Below are positions 11,601 to 23,867 of a stretch of 64,000 nt of DNA, one piece after another. Position 1 is the first letter of the stretch, and every line of letters begins with the position of its first letter. Under the pieces are notes generated by a model. It saw only the letters and a program-made list of their open reading frames with translations, ran no database searches and was not told where the DNA came from. The DNA is from Eledone cirrhosa (lineage: Eukaryota), in the NCBI GenBank assembly GCA_964016885.1, contig OZ024740.1:278132001-278196000 (forward strand). Direction: 5' to 3'. Both the position numbers and the translations under genes were made by a program.

Positions 11601-14600
11601 AAGCAGGAGAGATCATGAATCGGATGGTCTGAGAGCTGAGCATCAGGCGGAACAGAAGGAAAGAGACAGAAGCAGGAGATATCATGAATCGGATGGTCTG
11701 AGAGCTGAGCGTCTGGCGGAACAGAGGGAAAGAGACAGAAGCAGGAGATATCATGAATCGGATGGTCTGAGAGCTGAGCGTCTGGCGGAACAGAGGGAAA
11801 GAGACAGAAGCAGGAGAGATCATGAAGCGGATGGTCTGAGAGCTGAGCGTCTGGTGGAACAGAGGGAAAGAGACAGAAGCAGGAGAGATCATGAAGCGGA
11901 TGGTCTGAGAGCTGAGCGTCTGGCGGAACAGAGGGAAAGAGACAGAAGCAGGAGATATCATGAATCGGAATGTCTGAGAGCTGAGCGTCTGGCGGAACAG
12001 AGGGAAAGAGACAGAAGCAGGAGAGATCATGAAGCGGATGGTCTGAGAGCTGAGCGTCTGGCGGAACAGAGGGAAAGAGACAGAAGCAGGAGATATCATG
12101 AATCGGATGGTCTGAGAGCTGAGCGTCTGGCGGAACAGAGGGAAAGAGACAGAAGCAGGAGAGATCATGAATGGGATGGTCTGAGAGCTGAGCGTCTGGC
12201 GGAACAGAGGGAAAGAGACAGAAGCAGGAGATATCATGAATCGGATGGTCTGAGAGCTGAGCGTCTGGTGGAACAGAGGGAAAGAGACAGAAGCAGGAGA
12301 TATCATGAATCGGATGGTCTGAGAGCTGAGCGTCAGGCGGAACAGAGGGAAAGAGACAGAAGCAGGAGATATCATGAATCGGATGGTCGGAGAGCTGAGC
12401 GTCTGGCGGAACAGAGGGAAAGAGACAGAAGCAGGAGAGATCATGAATCGGATGGTCTGAGAGCTGAGCGTCTGGCGGAACAGAGGGAAAGAGACAGAAG
12501 CAGGAGAGATCATGAATCGGATGGTCTGAGAGCTGAGCGTCTGGCGGAACAGAGGGAAAGAGACAGAACAAGGAGAGATCATGAATCGGATGGTCGGAGA
12601 GCTGAGCGTCTGGCGGAACATAGGGAAAGAGACAGAAGCAGGAGAGATCATGAATCGGATGGTCGGAGAGCTGAGCGTCTCACGGAACAGAAGGAAAGAG
12701 ACAGAAGAAAGGGAGATCATGAATCGGGCGCTCGGTGAACTTTGTCAACAAGCCATTAGGGATAGAGCAAGGACATTTCAACGACGTGACCTCTCTGCTG
12801 ATGTTGGACAGATGAATAAGATTTGTGTCTGTTGTCATGCAATGCTTTTTCATGGTGAAACTGCTAACTTTTGCTGTATGAATGGAAAAGTCAGGTTGGG
12901 GAATCTGCAGCCTTTACCCCAGGAACCTCACAGTTTTGTTAGTACTGATCAACCTAGAAGAACCTCAGACAATACAACTACCTGTTCCAAATGACATATT
13001 TTGGGGCCGAAGAAGGTCGTTCCTCAAGGAGTGGATGGAATCCTTCTATCGTTATGCATGGTCAAATTCTCCATTACATCGGTTCGTTAACCTCTAATCC
13101 AAACTAACAACCCCAATTTCTTCAAATTTACTTCTTGAATCCTCAGGATAGTGTTGATTTGAGGATCAGGATACTCCATAACGATGGCATTCAGCGCGAC
13201 ATAGTTGAATTATTGGAAATAATACTCAGACAATATAACCCTTACGTTGCTTCATTTTGAATGCCAAAAGATCAAATTAAAAATATTCCTGAAGCTTCGA
13301 TTATTATTGATCCTGATAGGAGACCAGCAATGGAACATGAGAGAAGATTCAATGCACAAACTGCAAACGAAGTTGCCGAACTTCAAGCAAAAGCACGGCA
13401 CATTGTGTTGAAAGAAAAAGGCGGACAATTGCAAATAATCTCAGAGTTCCATCGGTCCTATTAAAGTTTGCAGTATGTTCTATTTTTTTTCTTTTGGTGA
13501 TGACGGATGGCATCATGAGCTGTTAATGAGCAACAACAAGAAGTTGACGCTAATGCGCTACTATGCCTATCGAATAATGAACCATGAGATTGAATTCAAC
13601 CAACTTCTCAGAGGCGGTCGTTTATTTCAGCAATATTTGGTTGACATGGCTGCGAAGATTGAAGGAGATAGACTGCAATACATCCGAATGAATCAAACAT
13701 CATTACGATCTACAACATACAAGGGCCTTACTGACGCATTGAATGATGATGACGATTTTCGCATTATTGGCAGGCGAATCATACTCTCTTCCACATTTGT
13801 CGGTGGACCGAGATATATGATGGAGCGATGCCAGGATGCTGTGATGTACATACGGAAGTACGGCAATCCTTCGTTCTTCATCACAATGACATGCAATCCG
13901 AACTGGCCTGAAATCCGGCAAAACCTCTTCTTGAATCAGAAGCCACATGACAGGCCAGATTTAATTGCCAGAGTATTTGACCTGAAGCGAAATTGTTAAG
14001 AAAGTATCTTTCTGGAGTAGATGGCCTATTTGGCAAGTGCATAGCTTACGTGCTGACAGTCGAATATCAAAAGCGAGGTCTTCCTCATGTGCACTGTTTG
14101 CTATGGCTCAATGAAGCCTCCAAGCCCAGATCGCAGGAATATGATAAATTTGTTCAAGCCAAAATACTAGATCCAAACAAAGATCCAGAGGGTCATGAAT
14201 TGGTGCTGAATCTCATGATCCACGGTCCGAATTGCTCTAACAAATCGCCGTGTTGGAAAGATGGAACGTGCAGTAAGAGGTACCCTAAGCCTTTCAATGA
14301 ATATACATTGTGTGGAGAGGGCTCTTATCCTGTGTACAGAAGACCGTCTCCAGGAATGGGAGGATTTGAGGAGCACCAAGAAGGAAGGAGAAGCCGAAAT
14401 ATAACTTCGGAATGGGTGGTTCCCTACAATATGAAACTATTAAAACTGTTCAACTGCCACCTAAACGTATAGATGTGCTCTTCCGAGAAATCGATCAAAT
14501 ACGTTATCAAACATACCATGAAGGGCAGTGATCAGGGAAGATGAGATAATACAGTATTTAACAGGAAGATATATCGGTCATTCAGAAGCTGTTGCCTTGG

Positions 14601-16770
14601 TACTTGGATTTCCAATTCATGAGAGAGAACCGGCCGTTGTTCGCCTTCAAGTTCATCTACCTGAGGAAAATCAAATCTTCTTTCGGGTCAATGCAGCTTT
14701 TAAAGTAAACAATAACATGGCTAAGACGACTCTGACTGAGTTCATGGATCTTTGCGATCGCGATCCGTTTGCAAAAACATTGTATTATGCCGACGTGCCA
14801 AAGTTTTACACTTGGAGTAATAAGAGATGGGAAAGGAGAAAGGTGGGGGAAACAGTTGAGCAGTATCCAGGGATTTTTGAGGCGAACGTTTTTGGACGAG
14901 TATACACTGTTTCTCCACGAAGTGGTAACCTGTATTATTTAAGACTCCTTTTGCATCACGTCAAAGGGCCAGTATCCTTCAACTATTTGAAAATGTATGA
15001 TGGAGAACTCCTGCCATTATTCAAAGACTCTGCAGAGAGAACGGTTTGCTTCAATCGGATGATCATTGGCAGCAGACTCTGGAAGATGCTGAGCGAACAA
15101 GGCTTCCCAAAGCTATGAGAGATCTATTCATCGTGCTCCTCACAAATACGGAAATTGACAATTCCAGTGCTTTATGGGTTCGATTTAAGCATTCGCTGTG
15201 TAAAGATTACCATCAAATAAAAAAAGGGCTACCAGAAACTCTAACCTTTTGATTAGCGAGAGACATTATGATCAATGTCTTCTGTATTTTGAAGACAAAC
15301 TTAAAGACCTGGGCAAAAGTCTTAGCGACTTTAACTTGCCAAGGTCAAATAATATTGTTGCTAATCAGGATATTGGCAATTTGGAGTTATTGCATGAGTT
15401 GCAATACAGCAGAGAAAAGCAGCGACGATTTGTAGAAGAGACGGAGCCTCTATTGAATAGTGAACAAAAACACGTGTACAACTTCGTTTGTAACTGTTTA
15501 GAGACGAACACATCTGCATTGATTTTCATTGACGCTCCGGGTGGAAGAGGAAAGACATTCCTTATTAACTTAATTCTTTCAAAAGTCAGAGGAAACGGTG
15601 ACGTGGCTATTGCTCTTGCGTCATCTGGCATTGCCGCAACACTGATGCCTGGTGGAAGAACAGCGCATTCTAGGTTCAAAATACCGATATTAGTGAAAGA
15701 AAATGGTGTGTGCAACATTGATAAAAACTCAAAGACGGCAAACCTCTTCCAGCATACAAGGCTGATTGTTTGGGTTGAGTGTCCTATGATTCAGAGGGAA
15801 AGCTTCGAAGCTGTTGACCTCACTCTGCGTGACATATACGACAACAATGAGGCATTCGGTGGAATTTTGATAATTTTCTGTGGCGATTTCCGTCAGGTAG
15901 TGAAAAGGGGAAATAAAGCGGACGTGGAAAACGCCTGCATTAAAAAATCCTACTTATGGCGAAGCTTCAAAAGATTTCAGTTGAAGACAAATATGCGATT
16001 GGGTGGGGGAGCAGGAGACTATTCACAGTTCCTATTGGATGTTGGAGAAGATAAGTTAAAAAAAACTGAAAATTAGGAAATTATTTTGCCAGAAGAAATG
16101 GTTCTCCAAGCAACAATTATGGAAGAATGTATTGATTTCATCTACTCCTCATTCGACAATCCAGCTGAAGTGTTTTCGAACAATTGCATCTTAATACCTC
16201 TCATGAAATGATGAGAAGCATCAATTCCACCTGTATCAGACGCTTCCCTGAAACCATAAAAGAGTACCGATCCTATAATTCTGTGAATGATAGTGCCAAT
16301 ACCACTCATTTCGCGACTGAATTCCTTGATTCGGTTGAACTATCAGGACTGCCACCACATAACCTGGAATTGAAAAAAGGATTGCCAATAATTCTTATGA
16401 GAAACTTGAATCCGCCAAGGCTTTGTAAGGAACGCGCATGATCTCATAGTAGCAAGTATCAACACTGCTGCTTTCAGAAATGAGATCGTTATGATACCTA
16501 GAATAAGAATTAATCTATCCGAAGGTGAGGATATCCATTTGCAGCGAAGCCAATTCCCAGGTCAATCGTGCTTCACTATTCATAAAGCACAAGGACAAAC
16601 TATGGAAAACGTCTTGGTTTATCTGGAACGACCTGTATTCCAACACGGTCAACTGTATGTAGCCCTTAGCCCTTAGCCGCGGAAAACGAAAGAAAATGTC
16701 AGAGTGTTTCTGAAGGATACCCAGTCAACTAAGACTGTTGTCATCAAAAGCATTCTTTTGAACAAACTGT
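2619..16770 (+). pseudogene. Helitron Rep/Helicase (RepHel) pseudogene: STPR-like repeat array, Zn finger, HUH Rep, PIF1-type helicase
   Basis: Zn-finger CVCCHAMLFHGETANFCCMNGKV (~12820-12895); GRLFQQYLVD, FVGGPRYM, FFITMTCNPNWPEI, RPDLIARVF (13475-13999); HUH motif VEYQKRGLPHVH (~14060); KYVIKH (~14497); Walker A DAPGGRGKT, GDFRQ, GLPPHNLELKKG, TIHKAQGQT, HGQLYVALS. Split by several stops and frameshifts. Confidence 0.92.
2718..12720 (+). repeat. Coding minisatellite: 145 x 69-bp units encoding 23-aa STPR-like repeats
   Basis: Unit consensus GAATCGGATGGTCTGAGAGCTGAGCGTCTGGCGGAACAGAGGGAAAGAGACAGAAGCAGGAGA(T/G)ATCAT. Span of 10003 bp plus two 1-bp deletions (~6135, ~7263) equals 145 x 69. The peptide E-S-x-x-x-R-A-E-R-L...RR matches the STPR pattern E(T/S)xxxRxxRL. 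Confidence 0.9.
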
Positions 16771-17585
16771 AACAGCGTAAATATGAGAAAATGTTGAGTC
16801 TGACGTCAGAAAATGAAAGGAAAAGGAAAAACTAAGACAAGTAAGAATAATTTCTTTCAAATTTTTGTAAATAAAACCAGCTTTTGATTAACATTGCAAC
16901 TTTTTAAGCAGAAAAATCTTTCAGAAAAAACAGTCAAGCTTCCATAGAGATATAGAAAAAAAGAATTTTAAAGTGAAGTGATTGGATAGCTATTAGTGAA
17001 AAATGATTTGATATTTTCTTTGTGAAAATACTTGTGAATAATACAGTGAAAAGACAAGTTTCACGTAAATCGGACCACGGGTTCCCGAGATACGCGGGCT
17101 TTTTCAGGTACCTTTATAAATAGCCAAATCAGCGCATAATGGGAAAATTCTTTGAAAGTAAGGTACCATTTAAATGTGAATACAAACGCAGATAGTGGTT
17201 GTGAGAGAGAGAGAAGGAGAGAGCTGTGTGGTGTTGTTGAATGAAATTATGACAGGTGACTTCAAAGAATCGAATACAGCATTATCGTATCTAGCTTGAA
17301 TTTGGTGACTGAATTTTAAGTTATATGTATCTTATAACTTGCGTTAGGACAGGATTTATGTGCGTGTGTGTGTCTATAACCAGTGTATATAGGCCACAGA
17401 CACCCTCACACACAAACACACATATATATATACATACATATACACACATACATACACGTATATATATATATATATATATATTGGCTTTCCAATGTCATTT
17501 TACATTATATACATTTTGTGTATATTTTAATTATTTAAAAATTATTTTTAAATGAACATGACCCAACGGGTCACGGGTGGTCTAG

Positions 17586-18242
17586 TAAAATACTAAAAGT
17601 CTGTGATTGCTTGCTTGCTTGCATGGCTGTAATGTAATACAGTGAAAAGGGCGCATAATAGGAAAATACTTTGAAAGGAAGTTGACCCTGAAATGGGAAT
17701 ACAAATGGAATAAAAGTTTCGCGTAAATCGAAGCACAGGTTCACGAGATATGGGGTTTTTCCGGATACCTTCTTAAACAGAGAGAGAGAAAGATAGAGAG
17801 AAAGAGATAGTGGTTGTGAGAGAGTAGATTGAAAAAGTGACATAGAGAGAGGGGGGAGACAGAGAAGGAGAATGCAAGAGGGAAAGAGAGAGAGAGAGAG
17901 AAAGAGATTGTGGTGTTCTTGTGTATATATATATGTGAGTATGTGTGTATATATATATGTGTGTGTGTATGTGTGTGTGTGTGTGTGTGCGTGTGTGTGT
18001 CTATGACCAGTGTATATAGATCACAGACACCCACATATATATATACACAAACACACATTTATATATATATACATACACACACGTATATATATATATATGG
18101 GACTTCCTGTTTCATTTCACATTACATACATGTGTGTGTATATTTTGATTATTTAAAAATTATTTCTAAATGAACATGAGTTTTTAAAAATATTTGTGAA
18201 AAATATAAGTGAACTTGACCCAACAGGTCACGGGTAGCCTAG
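17586..18242 (+). mobile_element. Non-autonomous Helitron copy, head-to-tail with the main element
   Basis: Start TAAAATACTAAAAGTCTGTGATTGCTTGCTTGC... is homologous to the 1133-1320 5' end. It ends TGACCCAACAGGTCACGGGTAGCCTAG|T (CTAG at 18239-18242). Confidence 0.85.
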
Positions 18243-20916
18243 TATTATGCTAAAAATATTTTTATCGATATTTTAATTTCCACCTGTCATTGTTCAGATT
18301 CTCTTGCACCTCTCGATATATTACTATAGTAACAATTTAGGTAAAATACACCTGTTTCTTGGTAACTGAGATTGTGTATCAGTTTCCTTTGACACTAAGA
18401 AATTTTACTTCTAGCATTAAAGTGATTTAGACAGTGATGAATGTCACATAATCTTATAAGCGATTTTAAGTTATAAATCTTTCTAAATTATTTTTACTGA
18501 ACTGATATGGCCCGTTGAACGACGGTAAACTCCGAGAGAACCGAGATCAAGATTCGGTTTCAACTTACTTTTGTAATTGTTTGAAATCATTTATAAGGCT
18601 AAAATGAATCATAAAAACAAACAAAGCATTCAAATGTCTATATCTCTCACGTTTATTTTTCTCTGTCTAAATTTTTACCAGTGATTGATGACATCAACGA
18701 AATATGTTACTAGATAACAGTGAAAGAAATCAAATGCTTACTAAACCAGAATAGAGTTGAAAATCTATTTGTCGTGTCAAAGCGGATATAAATGCCTGAT
18801 ATCTGTGAAGATATGCCTGAATCAAAGAAGCATTAGTTTTGCAATATTTCTTTATCCTTGATATCATGTAAATTATTTTTTAATAACACTCAATGGATAT
18901 TTGAAGAATCTTAGCCTTTATGTACTTATTTTAGAACATTTTACTTTCATTTTGCTAAACAATCACAATATTCAAAATGCATTGTATCAGAAGAAATGAG
19001 GATTTCTCGTAAAAATAGAATAAAGCATTGTATGCAATCGGATTCATTTTTTTAAGAGAGTTATGTGCTAAGGGATTCTCCGGTATTTGGGATGCACCTT
19101 ATCTCATACGCAGCTTGAATAGACACATCATGTCGTTCAAAATATGTTTCAGATTTTGATACTGCTGTATATTGCAAAGAATTTTGATAATGAGTATTTC
19201 GGGAATTATAGTTCACCTCAGTACGCAGTGACAGACTATATTTGGTTTTATGTTTCGCAAGCATGCAATGCTCAATTGAAATGTTCACACTGGTTTATCT
19301 TGGAAATAAATTATTTATATGAGATTGACATTTTCATGGATACACTTCATAAAAACGAAATTGCCTCTAACTTTCGGAATAATTTTAAATTGCAATTTAC
19401 AATGATATTTTTATGTAATTCAGCTTTAGTGCAAGACATTTCTTATCGTCATTATCCATTCAGATACATAAAATAATTTCTTAATAATAATGTTAATATT
19501 GTTTAATTTCAAGAGACTTGTCAAACCGGATAAGCGAAAATTCATTAGAAACGTATAAAGAAAAATTTAACTATTTATTAGAAATTGAAATTGGAACTAA
19601 TGAAATTGGGAAGTAGTATTTAATATTAATAGAAATTTGAAACGGAATGTATTACGTTAAAATTAATAGCTCGAAGTCTCAGTGTCGATACTGATATGTA
19701 GTTAAACTATCATGAAAGATCGTCTCTGGCGTTGACCTTTTCACTGTACGTTTCAGCATCATTGTAGAGCTAGAACGTTTCAATATCACAAAATATCGAC
19801 CAACTCCGTCTGTTATACTATTCTTACAAAGCCCAAATATAATTGCGAGTAAAAGACTAATTAATATATGTGCGGGTGGATGGGAACAGCCGAGTAGATG
19901 CTATGACAGACATCTGAGAGTTGATGATTGTGTATTATATCGCTTGCATAAAACTTCGTTAACCATAATACATAACACCAAAAGGCTTTCCAGCACTAAA
20001 TACTTAATACCAGGTGAAATATATCACATGTGATATGTATATAATATATCTTAGTAATTATGTTTAATATCTCTGAAATAATCTCAGCATTTTCTTAAAT
20101 CAAGAAATTACACGAAATAATTAATTTCCGATTAGTTTGTTAAAGTTCAGAATGCCTCAATACTATTTATAACCACTCTATATTCATTTTTAAACAAAAT
20201 TAATTAAAACATTCCTTTCAGTCAACCTTATTTGGGTTCTTGTGTATTTTCCATCTAGTTTATTTGGTCATCTGTTATGAGGCAAAAGAGCACTAGAGAA
20301 AATATTTATACACTCAGAGCCAGAGTAGCGAGATCATTTAATATATGGCATGATCAAGGACATTTCATTTACCTTCTTTGCACCAGGATAATGATGTATA
20401 CCCACCATATATTACCGGTCTAAACTGTAGCCTGCAAATATCATATTTCTAGATTATTTTTGCTGTCTTCCGTCTTCCGATGATAAAGTAGTGGAATGTA
20501 ACACGAGTTGCGGCCGTTCATATGGTATTTGATTCAAATAACTATCCAGATCCGGAGAAAATATTCACCAAAAATATTGTGTCGTTGCTCTGAAGTTGAG
20601 TACTGAAACTGTATTTATTACATTCTCCAGATCCACTCAAATACCGAAATTCATCACTGAGTTCAATAAACATAGTATGTCAACTATGTATTACAGACTG
20701 AAGTTATACAATGATGGAATTATTAAAACAAAGATAAAAACAAAATAAAGTAATGAAAGAAAGGGGGAAGGGATAAAGAAGGGAAGATCTGGCTGTATAG
20801 GAAAGTAAAGGAAATGATTATAAATGCCATAAGTGAGAAGAAAAGGGGGAAAGAGAAAGGGTTATTAGGCAGCGGAAAAAAGAAAGAGAGAAGGGGTAGA
20901 GTGACAAACTTTACGC

Positions 20917-21900
20917 CTAGGTTGGAGCAGTGTTTCGGCTGCGCTCTGCAAACAAAACTTTAAAGGCATTTCCGCGGACAATCACCAGTAACACCTGCTG
21001 CAAAGACCACTCCATCTCGTGTAGAGTTCCTTCCTCAGACAGGCTGATGACGTTCCAATTTTGCGGAAGACCTCGGCTGTTCGGGGCCCGAAGACACCTG
21101 AGGACTTGACGGTGACCGGTACAAAGAGGAAGCGGTCGGACAACCCCCAAGCTATACGGAATATTGTTGGTGTCGTTTATTGCCCCCCCCCCCCGTGTCA
21201 GATTTGATTAATTGAGAAAATATATTATCAAATGTGATTCAGGCGTGACTATATGCATTTTTATAATTGGGACACACTCCAATTCCAATGTTTCTTTCAT
21301 TTTATAAGACGTTAGTTTGAGGGGGAGGTGTATGTGCCTGTGGGTGTGTTAGTATGTGCATATGCTAGTGTGTGCACTTGTGTGTAAAGAGAGGAAAGAT
21401 AATTATCTGTCGCACCTCCGTCAGGAAGGATCGATTGGTGTCTACGACCGTTAAATCTGAATTTTGCCATAACTAACCTTCACCACCTCTAGCTTGAACA
21501 AGTCAATCACGAGTCCACGAATTGATAGAAATAGAATGTTGTCAAAGTCGTCATTTCCGGACTGGGTCGGGCGATATAGTGTCGCGTCGACCGGGTACTG
21601 GCCGTTGAACGGCGAACAGATTGAGTTGATAATGTAGTCAACGGACATTGCAAAGAGGATAGGATGGAGTATATCGACTTGCTGGATACGGAGGGAAGAA
21701 GTAATAACGGTATCTGAAGCCATGAGCATGCCATGCATCTAGTAGGAAAGTGTGACAGTAGGTGTATCGGCGAGACTCATTTCTGATACATCTCCAAGAT
21801 AACACGATCACGTAAACTTCATAACGTCTATTTGAGACGGTGCCTGTCACAGTAAAGAAGGCTGTTGGAGAGATCAAAGAGGCTTGCTGATAGAGAATAA
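20917..21900 (-). pseudogene. Old CRE-like non-LTR retrotransposon remnant (RT and C-terminal endonuclease fragments)
   Basis: ITSSLRIQQVDILHPILFAMSVDYIINSICSPFNGQYPVDATL resembles the RT motif GxQQGDPLGPxLF...NxWYLDD. LSDRFLFVPVTVKSSGVFGPR and QQVLLVIVRGNA parallel the 23259-23867 peptide. Confidence 0.6.
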
Positions 21901-23258
21901 CAAAAATAGGTGGTGTTACTTCGGAGAGTCTTCCTTACCATCTAGGACCACAAGCATGAGAGTAGAAAAACAAAACAGGTAGTTTCAATATTGCTGACAT
22001 GTAGTGTCACTAGCGAGTCTGTTTGTGGGATTTTAAACACCTTTTGGGATCTTGCTAGATACTATACACAACCGTTTGAAACGAGGCGTTGCTGTCAAAA
22101 TATCATAAGGGCCATGTATGGTTGACTCACTGTTGTTGGACCACTCTGGCATCAAGTAGTGGTGTGCGCTAAATGACATGGGTAATGCCAAAGTTTTAGG
22201 GATTGATGTGTTTCGTAAGCTTGTGACGAGAAAGCGGGAAAAAAACTTACAATTAACAGAGATTCTTCATTTTATCGGCTTCGATATAAGAGTGATAGTG
22301 ATCTCTACTCCGAGGAATAGTAGAGAGTGATAGAACACAGGGGATTGTTAGTCCCATGGCGGGGAGTTAAAACTAGTTAAAAGGTTAAGTGTCTTCCTAA
22401 TGCTGACGAAAGCTAGTGTATTAAAAATTGTTAGCTTCTGTTTACGAAGGTTGACTCACTTCTCATACTAGAATATACAAACTTGAATTGGAAAGAGAAG
22501 ACGTGGAAGTACATACATTTGGTGAAAAGAACGAAAGCGGCTAAGATCACAAACAGAAGAGAAGAAAAACAAACATATGACTGCGTATTAATTATCAAGG
22601 TTTTGAAATACATAGATATCAACTGGCACTTTGTGTTATATGATCTTTTATAGGGTTAGCCTTTACAGGGTTCGTATTTGTTTTGTTTATTTATGGAGGG
22701 AAAGGATATTTCAAGATTCACATTCATATACGGAAGAACATGGAATATACTGAACAGAGTTATACATTCGATTGATGTATTACTAATAAATATATCATGT
22801 CTAAAGGGTAACACAGCTTTATCACAGTTTATACCGTGGTGTTGTTATTTAATTTTCGTTCATATTTACTTACAGCAAATACCTTTATTTCTGTTGACGC
22901 TAGCATTATTATCTAAAATCTATTTACCATATTTCGTTTATTAAATGTTCGAAGATTAATTAGAAAGAAGAATTTATTCACCATTCCTTTTAACATTCGA
23001 CACTTCTTGTAGAACCTCTGTAACTGTGTATACGATGTCCCGCCTAAAATCTCCAGTTATATTTAAACATAAACTGGCAAAATTATCAGACAATGTCAGA
23101 AATAAACAAACAAATGGGTACAAATATCAATTGTATGAAGGAATATATAGTCTCCGACCAAATTTGAAAAGTGCCCACAGCTTCCAAATACACAAAACAC
23201 TTCTTTCTAATTATTGAAATATTTAATATTTATTTTCCTATATGTATATTCTAAAGTT

Positions 23259-23867
23259 ATGCGCATCGGCGTTTCCCTGAGGCTCGGCCTCCGGATCTGC
23301 CAGACACACCAATGTCGCTGCGGTTCCACCGTGGACTCTTTCGGCCTCCACCCGCTTTCCTGCCGCCACTGTGCCGGTCGCATTCCACGCCATGCTGCCC
23401 TCAACGAGGTCATTAAGCATGGCTTGGACGCTGCAGGCTTCCCTTCCCAGCTCGAGCCGGTGGGGCTGGATCGAGGGAACAGCAAAAAGCCAGATGGCAT
23501 GACTATCTTCCCGTTCCACGGTGGCAGACCCCTCGTCTGGGATGCCACTTGCACCGACACTTTCAGCAGCCGCATCCTGGTGCAGTCTGCGACTGACCCA
23601 GGTTCTGCTGCACGTCGGGCTGAGGGGGCCAAACTCCTCAAATACCGGTCGCTCTCCGACAGGTTTGCGGCCGTACCCCTGGCACTGGAAACTTCTGGTG
23701 TCCTCGGCTCCAGGGCTACCTCCTTACTCACCACCATAGGCGCTAAGCTGGCCAGCCGCAGGTGTGATCCCCGCGAGTTGGAGTGGCTCTTCCAGCGCGT
23801 CTCCCTCGCCGTCCTCCGGGAAAACGCCTTCTCCATTCTGTCCGCCGGGACTGCGGATATCGAGTGA
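23259..23867 (+). mobile_element. CRE-clade non-LTR retrotransposon 3' fragment (Zn knuckle plus restriction-like endonuclease)
   Basis: GC-rich open frame: CRCGSTVDSFGLHPLSC, RHAALN, KPDGMTIFPF...WDATC, VPLALETSG, LFQRVSLAVLRENA. Confidence 0.8.

Larger units (their letters stand above)
1133..17585 (+). mobile_element. Helitron (autonomous-type, now defective)
   Basis: 5' end A|TCTATATACTACTAAAA at 1133 (alternative TC start at 1121). 3' hairpin TGACCC-AAC-GGGTCA (17559-17573) is followed by CTAG|T (17582-17586). Rep and PIF1 helicase coding remnants lie inside. Confidence 0.88.

Noticed and set aside
2613-12720. Very long minus-strand ORFs (1161, 919, 2158 and 1840 aa; MISPASVSFPLFRQ... 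and HDLSCFCLFPSVPPDAQLSD...)
   Set aside because: These are shadows of a 69-bp unit that happens to lack stops in two antisense frames. The plus frame matches STPR and is collinear with RepHel.
2718-12720. CRISPR-like array
   Set aside because: Contiguous near-identical units with no unique spacers, no cas genes and a eukaryotic context.
18243-20900. Host exons in AT-rich unique sequence (also 29000-35800)
   Set aside because: No recognisable protein motif or convincing splice-bounded ORF; small exons cannot be excluded without transcript data.
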